The translations under genes and the position numbers were made by a program. DNA of 64,000 nt from Amoeboaphelidium protococcarum X5 (taxonomy: Eukaryota > Fungi > Aphelidiomycota), in NCBI GenBank assembly GCA_023515725.1, contig JALDTO010000235.1:170371-234370 (forward strand), read 5' to 3'. Below, in pieces: positions 40,004 to 52,345 of this stretch. Numbering within the stretch: position 1 is the stretch's first letter; every line of letters starts with the position of its first letter. Under the pieces are notes generated by a model. It was not told where the DNA came from, made no database searches, and saw only the letters and a program-made list of their open reading frames with translations.

Positions 40004-40695
40004 AATGCCGCCCAAAAGGAAAAGATAGATTGACGTTGGAAAGGCAAAAACCATACCAAAGGCATCTAAAGCTCTTGTGTAAAATAATTTCTATTTAACA
40101 CACTCTAACTCACATTATCTATATCTTTCTGTTCCAGCAGTCTTGTGGTTGACAGTAAAATAAGCCAGAGAATTCAGGCTCAGATAGGTGCAACGTCACA
40201 CGTTGTATGCAAACGTAGAGCGGCTTTCCAGTGGGCGCGGCTCATAGGGGAGTGCGCTATTTAGAAACTTTGTCAGGGCCTTTCCTTTTCTTACAGCCAT
40301 GCTGGATGAAATCTTCATCTTGAATTCCGTCCAGACAGCGTTTGGAGAGATTTGGTTCAACATTATCTTAGGATGGGGAGCTTTTTTCAATTTGATCGAA
40401 GTCTAGCTTCGCGATGTATGCGAGGTATGTTCTTTGAGATTCATTTTGACGGAGTGGCAGTGTTCAATGAGCATAAGATGAGTTTGAGATTTTTCAATGG
40501 GGACATCGGAGCATTTTAGGGTCAGATTACGAATATTGTTGATGAAGAATTAGTCGCAGTGCGAGATGATGCGATTTCTTTCTAGCCAGACAACTTCAAA
40601 GATTGCGGAGAGTAGGCAATCTGTACCATATAGAAACCATTCTACTAAAGCTCTTGTGTGATGTCTATGGATTGCAGTAGCCCAATAACCGCATG
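40004..40695 (+). pseudogene. Hypothetical gene with internal TGA
   Basis: MPPKRKRQID start, a probable short intron, then a protein-like frame interrupted by TGA near 40306. Confidence 0.35.
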
Positions 40696-40942
40696 AAAAA
40701 AATATATTTAGTAATTTACCACACTCTTTTAGTATTGAAAAAAGCTGTAAAGATATGATGTAAAGCAGAAATATAAAAATTGAAGTTGTAGAAGTATAAC
40801 AATTTGTCCTTATGTCTTGTACTCTACACGCTTCTGCGTGTATGCTAAGAATCCTTCCGCTCGCAATTCCGCTCTCGCGCTCGCTGTTTTCCGTTTTCCG
40901 CCTTGGCATCCAACGGCTACCTCCGTAATATATAGTAACAGA

Positions 40943-43900
40943 ATGGAGAACGTTGACATTACAAAAATTAGACATAACTTTAGCTCTTATGGCCATCTGT
41001 ATGACTAGGATTATGATTTCTCAGAGTTGGAGGGTGTCTAATTAAATACCATAATACAGGATTTGATTGAACTTTTGGAGGAAGATATCCTTAACTTGTT
41101 TGAATTCTACCATGATACTCCTGTGCATATTGCTATTGCATACTGTCTGAATCAATTCTCGCAAATGTCTAACAAGGAAAGAATTGGGATGTTTAATATG
41201 CTGACGAATTTACTGTCATTACTAAAAGAAGATAAATAGAACAATGTTATTGCCTTGTAACTGGCTACCATTTACTGTTATTGTTACTTGTCCAGCGGTG
41301 AGTCTTTGGCGCACACGACTTTGGCCGCGGGAAGTGAAACGGTTTTGAAATCTGCCAAGAAATCGCGAAAGACTGGCGTTCAATCTCAAGGCTAATAATC
41401 ATCATGGAATTGGGATGAGTAGAAAGTGGGTATGGTTGAAACTCTGCTCATACTTATCTAGTAGTCTAGCATCCACTTATCTACATCTGCTGCCATTGTA
41501 GCTTCTATGATCTGGGATATCGTCAAGTGTTTGATAAAGTTTGAACCTAATATTAAATCTACAGAGATCAAGAAGATTGTTAGCTCTATAATTGCATTTA
41601 TAGTTGACCGATTTGGTCAGTATAATAAAGTTGTGGATGTAATTATGGAGAATCTGCAGTTGAGTACCCATTTGAGCGAGTTTATGGCTGACGTTTTAAT
41701 CGCAATGGCTGATAGCTGTAATTCAGCCAATAAAGTGTATGAAAAGTTGTGCTTGGAATTTGGTTAGCTGAATTTAGAGGCGGAAGACAAGTCTGCGAAA
41801 GAGTATGCTAAATGTTTTGGGCGACTTGTCTTGCACGATGGGTCAGTTGAGATGTTAAGAGGTCACATTCATCAGATACAAACTCAAATAGATTCTGATT
41901 CTTATGTAATTCGCTGCTCAGTCATTGAAATATTAGGTTAGATGTTGTAGTTAGTTCCTAGCCAACCTAATGATTCTTATACTGATGATTGTATCCGTAT
42001 AAGTCTTCTCCTGGAGTAAAGAGTACATGACACCTCCTCTTATTGCCGTGCCAAAATTTTAAAGACGTTTGCGCTTTTGTGTCATGTTGCTGATAGTAGC
42101 TCTTTCAGAAATTGCATACCTCTCCCTAGAAGGAAGTTTGTAGTTGATCTGGCTATTGGCAGACTTGTGGATAAGTCGAGCATCGTTAGAAAAGAAGCTA
42201 TAAGATTCATTGCATGTGCTATCAAGTATCATCCGTTTTGGTTAGATGGAGGTGGCATTGATATTAAGCTCTTCAAGTAGAAATATGAGCATTTCAACGA
42301 ATAGTTGTATAAGGTATCAGAGTTGAGAAAAGATGAAAGTGGAGCTCAAGATATTATTGCCGAGTTGGAAGATGCTTTACCTTAATCCGCGAAAGAATTG
42401 CTTGCAGAGGATAGAAGGAAGAGTGCAATAAGTGGTGAGAGAGCTAATCAACCACTTTATTCTGAAGAAGAGATTACACAACTTTAAGTTTAGCGAAAGT
42501 ACTATGAGGACGCTGTTGATTTTGCTTTACAAGTACAGTAATCTTTAGAGATTGTCAGCTCTCTCTTGCATTCTAAAGTTAAAAGCGACGTGGTTGAATC
42601 TATTCACTGTATCGTAGATGCTGTGAGAGTTGATATTAAAGAGGCTGTTTTGTCGGTGAAAAAAGTCTTATATCTGGTTTGGTCCAAAGACACTGGTGAT
42701 ATGGAATCCAGAAGCATCAGGGAACATGTCTTGCAAGCTTTTCACAGTTTGTATTTCGATCTTGATGTGAATGATCCGGATTAAATGGAGCTGGGCATTG
42801 AGAGTTTGCTTCAACTAACAAAGAACATGTCGTTTGCAGGTCGCGAGTCTCTGGTTGAGATATTTGACGCATTGAGAAAGAAAGAGCTCGTTCCTGCTGA
42901 AATAGCGGAGCGCTTATGGAATAATGCTTTTGATCAGAATTTAGGCGATGCTATTAGAAGCAATTCTATTAGATCGTTCTATCTATTTGTAAAGTAGGAC
43001 GACAGTATAGCCATTACAAAGCTGGATCATTTATTGGATTATCTGACCTCGATGGAACCATCTTCTGATATGTCATTTACTTATTACGGCTTATCCATTC
43101 TGTTTGAGTTTAAATTGAAGGTCCAATCTATTTCACAAGGCTCCAAGAAAGGAACTAAACATGACAAGACGGTCAAGTTTCTAGAGGGGACTGATTCATT
43201 ACTTCAGTTCTGCAGCAGAGTGATTTTCTCCAATAATTTGAGTAGTATGTGGTTTGAAGTTGCATCTTTGATCTTGAAAGGAGTATTTGGTATTGCTGAT
43301 CGACCAGAGATTTTAGTCTCTTTTTGGATTCGAGAGTGCATCAAGTAAGCGTTTGGTGATGGATTATAACGTATGAGTGTATATGCTGCTAGTAAAGCAT
43401 TATTTATGATTGGAAATGCTGCGATTCATCTTATTGGTCATTTGCAAAAGGTGGAAAAGTTTTGTAAAGAGATAGAGTCCAGTTAATAATCTGCGCGTTC
43501 AAAGTCAGCAACTTCATCTAGTAGTCCTGGAGATACTATAGACGATGTCGTTGGAAATTCGGAAGATGCAATAGGCGATACTTTGTTAAGTATTAGGTAC
43601 GAATAGCTTTTGAATGGGCAAAATTCTCTACTCCGCCTTGGTTTGTAGTTAGTTTAGATGGTATTATAAGTGCTTGAAATCAACACTTTTGTCAGACGAT
43701 AGGCTCTCTTTGCTTTAGGAAATCTTATGCTTCTGTAGCCTCAATGTTGCTATCAGAATATAAAAATCCTTTGTCAGACTGCGCTTTAATCTCAGGATGG
43801 TGTTTCGCAGATTAATACAGTTTTGCTTCTTGGTGATCTATACGTGTGTCATTCGAATATTATGCATGACAATGTGGACTGGCTGTTCACATTTCTTACC

Positions 43901-44767
43901 AAAGGTGGACGCAAAGTCAAGCAGAATGTTCTCATGGTGCTCACTAATTTGGTATCTAAAGGGCTTTTAAAATCGAAGAATCATCTAAGCCAGATTGCCA
44001 TGTGTTTATAAGAGGAAGATTAAATTGTTCGAGACTTGGCCAAGGTTTTCTTTAGTAGCTTGGCGGAGAAAGATAATGCAGTTTACAATAATTTGTCTGA
44101 CATAATTGGTATTCTCTCCAGTCAAGATTAAAACTTGTAAATGCCAAAGTTTTAAGAGTTGATGAAGTATCTGTTTACATTTTTGGACAAGGAACGTCAA
44201 TATGAGAATATCATTGAGAGAATTTGCTAGAAAGGTTGCTTGTGTGAGGATCAAACTCAGCTCATGAAGTTGACTTTCTGCCTCACTCTGTTGCCTTACA
44301 ATACTGAGCGTTAATTCAAGAAGTTTGCAGATGGAATCAATTCTATGGCGGACAAGATGAAATCTTCCGAATCGAAAAAGCATGTTTCCATTGTATTGTA
44401 GAAATGTAGAAGGAATGTTAGCGCTGTATACCAATCGTAAATTGATGATTTAGAGAGACGTGTAAGTGAAGTGTTGGTGAAGAATGAACAAGACAGTTAA
44501 ACTGCTGATAATGCCGTATTGGCCGTCGACAATACTAATAGAAGTTCAGCTCATATGGTTGATCCATCAGTGGCTCTGCAGAAGCTTTCCTTGTCTCCCA
44601 CTAAATTGGATGTGTTGCAAAATGATTCCACTCTTGAGGTTAATGTTAATTAGAAGTCTACCAAGAAATCAAGAGTGAAGCACGTTGTATCTGTTAGCTC
44701 CGTCGTATCTGACGAAAACGTCCCAAATCGTTCGACCAGGTCAACAACACGAAGGACTGCGAAGTGA
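40943..44767 (+). CDS. NCAPD2: Condensin subunit CAP-D2/Cnd1/Ycs4, 1274 aa
   Basis: DSDSYVIRCSVIE, RVHDTSSYCRAKI, RLVDKSSIVRKEAI, LVWSKD, LAKVFFSSLAEKDNAVYN. Confidence 0.9.
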
Positions 44768-44870
44768 CACGTCATATGAATGAATGCTGTTATAAAACGT
44801 TAGTACTATGCGCTTCACTGACTTTTGAGATTTTAATTTGATACTATATTGTCTCATACTAGCTTTAAAC

Positions 44871-46040
44871 ATGCGAACGAGATCACGAAGTAAGAGTTTA
44901 AGCAAATCTTACAGTCCTCAGCCTCCGTTCTCCCCTGGTGAATAACAATCGTAAGATCAACATCAATAGTCCCTGGAAATCCACGAGAACTATGGCGATT
45001 AGTATGTTGAAGATTTAATAAGAGAGTCAATCAAAGACCACCTGCCAGAAGTTTGGCGTAAGCTTTTGGTAATTCATTTGAAAAAGTCCTATGACAAAGC
45101 CGGATCTTCGAGTGATGCCACTGAAGTTCTGATTGCCGATCATCTGCAGATCTCTCTTGACAAGGTTCGAGACTGTTTAGGACTTTATGAGCGTGATCCA
45201 GCTCACTTTGCTTCTTTATGCAACGCTGTGAATTCCAAGTAAAAAGTGCGCAAGAATGCGTTAAGAAAGCGTGATATCATTCATAATGAGCCACCGTTGC
45301 CTCCTCAGCGAAGAACTTGGTTGTTGGAAGAGTATCCAGAGTTGTTGAAGAGAGCGAAAGAGTGGGTGGCCACGATGACACGAGAATCGCTACTCAAAGA
45401 TGAGCATAAGCTGTTCAAGATCACTGATTTCATGGAGTTTATCAATTATGATCTACTGACCGGATTGTACGCTTCTAGCCAGGGTAGAATCAGGCCTATC
45501 AGTCACTCTACCGCTAGATCTTGGCTGAATCGACTCGGATATTACGATACTCTTAAAAAGGTGCAATTGGACCAGGAATAGCAGGAGGCTCTGTAGTCTA
45601 TCCCGGAGGTACTTGACAGGAGGAAGTCTAGTTAAGGTAGGAAGTTTGGGTAATAATAATCTCGCGCAAGATCTCAAACTTGGTCGTATCCAACACCAGT
45701 CCGAACCACACCAGGCATTCAATCTCAAGCGCACATGTCTCTCCTGCAATAGCTGCTTTAGAGTCCAAGTACGGATGAATATGAAATTGATTTACAAGAT
45801 CCATTAAGTTGTGCACCTCAACGCGTTAACGCTACTGCATCTAGTGAGAAGGATCAGTGCCGTCAGTAATCCATTAGTCCATAACTAGCCAATCTTTTAC
45901 ATAGTGATACAACACTGCCCCTAAATGTTGAATAGCTGTCATCATCAAACACTGGATGGGTAGATTAGCAATTGGACTGGTTCGCTAGTGTTGTATCACC
46001 AAGTCTATCTAATAAAGAGTTACACAAACCCAAAGATTGA
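44871..46040 (+). CDS. Protein with transposase-like (IS630/Tc1-type) HTH but no DDE domain, 389 aa
   Basis: Intact ORF. FMEFINYDLL..ISHSTARSWLNRLGY is followed by a Q/S/P-rich tail. Confidence 0.6.
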
Positions 46041-46376
46041 ATCAAAGTTCTGTTTGCTAGTTCCAGTGAAGAGAGATGTCTACGTGGCTGCATTTTGAAA
46101 GTGGAATTTTAATTGCATTAATCTAATTTAGCGAATAAAATACATCAATAATATACGATTAGTAGCATCTTAACTTCCTCTAACTAGAATAGATTTTAGC
46201 ACGTCTACAATTAATACCGCGCTAAAGGTCAGCATAAGATTGTTTCAGGTTGACGATCATATTTCTTCTATTTAGACGACACGCGCCTTTGTATCAAGTT
46301 CAACTTTGTACGTTACGTCTATAATTACCATATTCTAAGTCATCGCTCTTGTCATTCTATCTGTCATTTTTACACA

Positions 46377-48227
46377 ATGAATACCTGTAAAGATTGCTCT
46401 AGTCGTTCTAAAGATTCCCTTAAAGAAATAGAGTTGAAGCTGTATCCGAACGATTTGCGTCTTGATGAATGTCGCCGAATGCTGTGGAGAAATGGTCCTG
46501 TGCTGATACCTAAGCAATTGGCGGCTGAAATGAACTCTGATGATAAAGTCAATATTCATCTATAGGAATGTCTTTTATAAGAAGCGTAAAAGAGTATGGC
46601 TCGTTTATTTGGAATCGCTCTGGTTGAATCTCATACTTGTCGTGCTTCTAAAGCTATGAAATGTACAATCCCGTCTCTGAATTTTAATGGCAGACTACCA
46701 GGTGCTAATATTCTTAATGAGGAGCAATTTGATGCTGGATAATAGCACATGTAGAAGATTAAAGATTTATCCGACTTTTTAATTGGTGTCAAGATGGGTC
46801 TTTCATTCCAGCAAAATGGTAGAGTTATAGACATTCCATGGCTCTAATGCAACTCTGCTGGTTCTTCCTCTATGCTACAGGCTGGTGTTCTTTTAGGCGT
46901 TGGTATTAATGGGAATCTGACTGGAGTTTAGTAATATTCAATCTTTGAGTATCTAAACATGAAGCATGACTACACAACAAGTTCACTATTGCTTGGTCTC
47001 GCTGCATCTTAATAGCAGTCGATGGACAGTAAATTGACCAAGGTGCTATCTCTTCATATCAGCGACTTTTTGTTGCCTCAACATGGTCATAATTCTGATG
47101 GTTCACATCATCCACACTCTGGCTACAGTGCTTTCCACTCACCAGTGAATGTTAGCTCCCTTGTAGAGTCTGTTGCGTACATCAGTCTCGGGTTGTTGTA
47201 TGCTCAGAGTGGATCTATTGAGATCAGTCGTTAATGTTTGCAGGAAATGGGGCAGGTATAATATCGACAGCTTGATGGATAAAGCATCAGCAGGGAGGCG
47301 TTCTGCTTGAATGCTGCTTTTGCATTTGGCCTGATCAATTGTGGTAAGGAATTACTAAGTGGTGTCTCGCTTGGATAGAGAAATTCTCTGTCCGTGTTGT
47401 CTGATTATATCAACGGTACCGCTATAGTGAACGATGGCTCGTCGTATAAGGATCTTTCGACTGTGGAAGGGTGTAGATATATTGACGGCCATGGAGTGAA
47501 TACTGGAATAACAATGATTCCTGCCTTAATTGCATTGAGTTTGAGTTACTTGAATACTGGTGATAGTAAAGCCATCTCTATTATCAAGTTGCCGAATAAT
47601 CTGCATCATTATACTCATGAAGTGATATTTTACAAGGTGTTGGCTAAATGTCTTATACGCTTATATGATGTGGATGTAGTTCCTTTTAATGATTTAAATG
47701 ATCTCTACTAAATGTACTCGCATAGTGTGTCGACTGTATAAAGCATCTAGGTAGCACACTGCTATGCATTAGGATTAAAATATGCAGGCACCTGCAATAA
47801 GTAGGCGTCATTATATATATCAAATGTCGTCAATTAGCTGAAGGATCAACATAAAAAGGCGGCGACCATATCTCAAAAGTAGTAAAGACAGCGCATCCTG
47901 CAATGCATGAATGTTGCAATGATAGGACTTGCACTGGTTATGGCTGGTAGTGGTGATTTGAAAACGTTCAAAATGTTCAGGATTATATATGGGAAATACA
48001 TGCAGAATGGTGCATCTTATGGTGATCACTTGGCGGTGAGTTAATCTATTGGACTGCTATTTCTTTCAATAGGCTAGAGGAGCATCAAGTCCAATCCACT
48101 ATCCATCGCCATCCTACTGCTTTCTACTCTGCCGTCCTTCCCCAGGGATTACCTCGACAATGGCATCCACTTGTAAATGCTCAGATTCCTCATACCTCTA
48201 TGTAGTCATTTACGCGATCCTTAATGA
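46377..48227 (+). CDS. APC1: Anaphase-promoting complex subunit 1, PC-repeat portion only, 616 aa
   Basis: YPNDLRLDECRRML, AGVLLGVGINGNL, HDYTTSSLLLGLAAS, LGLKYAGT, LVMAGSGDL, YGDHLA, HLQMLRFL. Confidence 0.85.
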
Positions 48228-48517
48228 ATTCAGATGTATATTTTCATTAGCACTGCTTTTTTATAGTTTATTATGGCTTGTGCATTTCTTAACTCCATAA
48301 TAATTCATAACTTTAGTAGTTAAAGCATCACAGTTTTGTTATTACACTGCTTTCTTCGCGTTAATCTTCTCTCTCCTGCAGTCTCTCTTTCAGCGTACTG
48401 CCTGGAACGAGCGAGTGAACGAACGAACAGAGCGTTTCTCTCTTCTTCTTCTTCCTTACTGTCTTTGAAGTGTAAGATATACTGACTGTTTTTTTACACT
48501 TAAATTTTAGAGAAATT

Positions 48518-49400
48518 ATGCAAGCAGAAGCTGTGAAATTATTTGAGTAATTAAAGGCTGAGCTGGGAAAGCCTAATGCTTAGTTGAAATAGTGCCAAGA
48601 TGCTTATGTGAAGTTGAAGATGATGATTGCTTAAATTCAACTGCAGATGAACTCACCTTCAGCTACTGCAGACCCACAGTGGACCTTATTTAATAGTAGG
48701 ATATTTGATTTTTATTCAAGCAATACTCGATGTTAATAATTATGTAGGAGAAGTTTTGGAAGCGGGAGCAAATTTGGCTTTAAAGTTGAAGGATGTACCA
48801 GCTTTTGACCGTGCAATGTCTCAGTTGACCACTTTCTACTATGATACGAATGTTCAGCCAGGTACGAACAACAACAACAAGAGTTCTATTCCGCAATCTA
48901 CCAGAATGTATCCTCTGCTGGGATTGCATCTGTTGAGCTGTCTACTCCGATCTGACAACGCAGCCTTCCACCAGGCTGTCGAACGTCTTGATGCCGCTGA
49001 ATTATCCAACCCGAATCCGTATATCAAGATTGCCGTCCAGGTGGAGTAGTCGCTGATGGAGGGACGTTATGCGGCGGTTAAGAAGCTGAGATAGCAAGTG
49101 CCAGCCGAAGAGTACGGCTACTTCCTGGACCTGTTGATGGACAGTATCCGGGATGAGATTGCCGACTGTGCAGAGAAGGCGTATGATGAACTGCCTTTTA
49201 CCAGTGCCGCTGTATTGATGCAGCAGCAGTCATCGCAACAGGTGGTGAAGTAGATGGCGCAAGAACGCAACTGGAATCTAGTTGGAGATGTTATCAAGTT
49301 TGGCGATGGATCCTCGCAGTAGGAATTGGTCAACATTAACTCTATCGGACTGATGAAGAATGTCTTGCACTACGCCCGTGAGATTGAACGTATTGTATGA
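48518..49400 (+). CDS. RPN12: 26S proteasome lid subunit Rpn12; intron 48696-48747
   Basis: REVLEAGA, FDRAMSQL, LLGLHLL, EQSLMEGRY, IRDEIADCAEKAY, YAREIERIV-stop. Confidence 0.95.
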
Positions 49401-49539
49401 CTAATATTAAAAAGTCTGTTGTCTCGCTAGATTAGTTTCTTATTTTTATCAGTTATTGAACTGCCAAGTTACGTTTAGATAAAACAGTATAAAGGTGGCA
49501 CTTGGTAAAATGATATCACGTTAAAGACATTATAAGCAT

Positions 49540-50700
49540 TCACTCTTCCTTCTTTAGGGATCTGTTTCTGGTGTTGCTTCGAGTGCGCTTGATATTCAAA
49601 TATTCTTCATCCAATAGAACAGAAGATTCCTCATCAACTACTTCTTCATTAGAGGCGGTGATAGCCTTCTTTGCTTCTTGATCCGATTCAGAGAGTTTAA
49701 AATGATCCAAAATTTCGCTGGTCGGTACGCGAAAGCTGCCACAAAGCCAATCCCAGAATACAAAGTACTGACCATAGTTAACCTTGAAATACAAATGATG
49801 CATGCTGTGATGAGCTGCCCCATTCAGTCCCAAAAAGTGGAAAACTTTACGGAATATTCTAATTGGCGTGCTCTCTTTACCAGCCAGCTCTTCACCATCT
49901 CCGACCACGTACACATTGTCATGGATTGAGACTGTCCAAAAGTTGACAAAAATGAACATTCCCAAGTGGAGCACTTTCTACATTGGGAAGCAGAAGGCAT
50001 AAATGTGATATGGTATAGATTGCAGGTATCCGTCCAGTGGATGGAAAGCATGAGACGCAAAAGGTGATGGCACAATCCATCTGTGATGTGGTTTATGGAT
50101 TCTAGAGTACGCCAGTGGATGATGCAGACCGCGATGAATAAAGTAAATCAGCATATCAGTAAATAATAGAAACGTAACAGCAGACAAGACTAGAAACACA
50201 TAAGCGCCATACTACTAACCGTAATGGCTACCCATTATGCCATTGAACAGGTCGCCATATGTGCACTGATCTTGTTTCAACCACTGAAAGGGAGCAAAAC
50301 GCTAGATGACATTCAGAGGGAAAGTAGAAACCAGTTTGATCTAATTGATGTCTTCAATGCCACTATACAACTAGGACCATCCCCATACTTCACCCATAAA
50401 CCACGGCATAGTGTATAGAGTCATGAGACTGAAAGAGCTAGTAGACAGTGCAATCTCTTTACTAATCTACTACGGCAACCATCTAGGATGTTTCTTCAGA
50501 TCGTGATCAAAGAATAGGTAGTAGTTGGTACCAGCAAACAAGAAGTAGAATATGAATGCAGAGATATACACGGCCAAGTACACTGTCAGAGACTGACGTT
50601 TCCAATCCTGAGGATCATGCAGAAATTCAAGAGACTAAGGAGCAAAAGAGTACAGCTTATCAAAAGCCAGACCATCAGCCAAATCCAAAACTAAATCCAT
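49540..50700 (-). CDS. ERG3: C-5 sterol desaturase, 386 aa
   Basis: MDLVLD start; His boxes HRGLHH, HKPHHRW, HSMHH; PFASHAFHPLDG; NYGQYF. Confidence 0.95.
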
Positions 50701-51071
50701 AATTATACAGCTATTTTTTATAACGTTAAATACGAGAGTGCAGAATACAGTTTACAGAATAATAAAAGGAAGGACAGTATCAGCGTATGAGTGTAATACG
50801 TACGGGTGTGTGACGTGGCTTACGAAATGAAACGATGTGACAACTGAAACGGTGAGAAATGTCCAGGACGAGCTTGAGCCTCTTCGATCAAAAGTGAGTG
50901 AGTGAGTTGTTTCAGTCGGTCGTTTTAAAAACCATTTTAGAGGGACGCGTGTTCGTTTGTTTTGTTTTTTTATCTGTTTTTTGAAGCACGCGTCATATCC
51001 GACTTGATTCGCTTTCAAACTATTTGTCTGTTTTAGTGAACTTGAACTGTATTGTTCTTGGATGAGAGCGA

Positions 51072-51627
51072 ATGATGATGTCTCAACAATCTCAGTCATC
51101 CATTGACTATCAGAGTGCAGAATTTCTCTGTAGCAATGCTGACATTACTCCGTTTTCTTAACGCGTGTACTATTACACTAGTCTTGTATGATTTACTCTT
51201 ACTGAAATTATAGTAAATAGTTCATGGTTTTGTGTAGATTTCTAAGGGGAAAGTTTCGACATACAAGGAGATTGCTTAAGCTATTCTTAAAGAGCGCGGT
51301 GAGCAGGCAGGAGCGCAAGGCAGACTGTGTCAAGCGGTTGGTAATAGCTTGGCCCGGAATCCGTTCCCGAAACATTTGATACCATGCCATCGCGTTATAC
51401 CATCGAATGGTATTATTACCGGCTATCATGGGTAAAATATTGATATCCTTTGATTAATTTATGCTGTATAAATATAGGAATCATGTAGAAAGAGGACTTT
51501 GGAGGCGATAACGGAGCGTCTAAACATTTTGCAATGTGAAGGAGTAGACTTGTTCGAATTGCAATCCGTAAAGAGTAGTTCGCAGAGATTTAAACTTTTG
51601 GAGAAATTCATTACGCGTTTTGTATGA
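51072..51627 (+). CDS. MGMT: O6-alkylguanine-DNA alkyltransferase; introns 51186-51237 and 51432-51488
   Basis: TPFSQRVY, ISKGKVSTYKEIA, QAVGNSLARNP, active site IPCHRV, LQCEGV. Confidence 0.88.
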
Positions 51628-51899
51628 AATATATGTACTATCTAAACTAGAGATTTCGTTGTCTTTGCGATTGATCTACAGTACTAAATACAGGCAATCA
51701 ACTATATTAAAAGGACTATTGTTCGTGTTGATGTACACCGCCTGCGAAAAGTATAATGCTCCATCAGGCGCACTATAAGCTATTCAAGCGAAGAGCCATA
51801 AATGGAAGCTTTGTCTACTTAAAATGAATAAAATTTCATCTCTATTAAGTTCATAACACGATTCACAAACTTGGCGAATCAAATACGCAAGGCAGCTTC

Positions 51900-52345
51900 T
51901 CCAGAACATGCTATGTATCTTGTCGTTTGTCGCGCCAATGCAGAGCTTAACATTTACAGTTTGTTATAAATAGACCATAGAGCATGAGCATTCATCTGAC
52001 GGACGTCTGGCAGATTAGCAGCAACACAAATCTCCTTCAGTACATTGGAGGTGATCAGGATGTGCTTCTGCGTAAATCCATTTAAAGGCAACAACGCGTA
52101 AACGTTAAGCAGAGGACCTTCGTTGTTCAGCAGATACTCCTCCTCATACATTTCATGGTTATTTACAAAATAGACACTGGCAGAAAGATTTTTCTCAGTG
52201 TAGTTATAGACATTTGAGCGCAGTTGAAGCTATCTGGACTATACTGAAAGAACTAGTAAATGTACAGCTTCAAAAGCGCATTAGCATCAGAACATCCACA
52301 TTTCTTCTCAAAACATTGATAATTCGTTTCTCTGCTCTTGATTCA
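51900..52345 (-). pseudogene. Degraded ORF fragment, possibly a Fanzor1-like N-terminal relic
   Basis: VYALLPLNGFTQKHILITSNVLKEI..ALWSIY, flanked by frameshifts and TGA stops. No RuvC motif seen. Confidence 0.25.
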
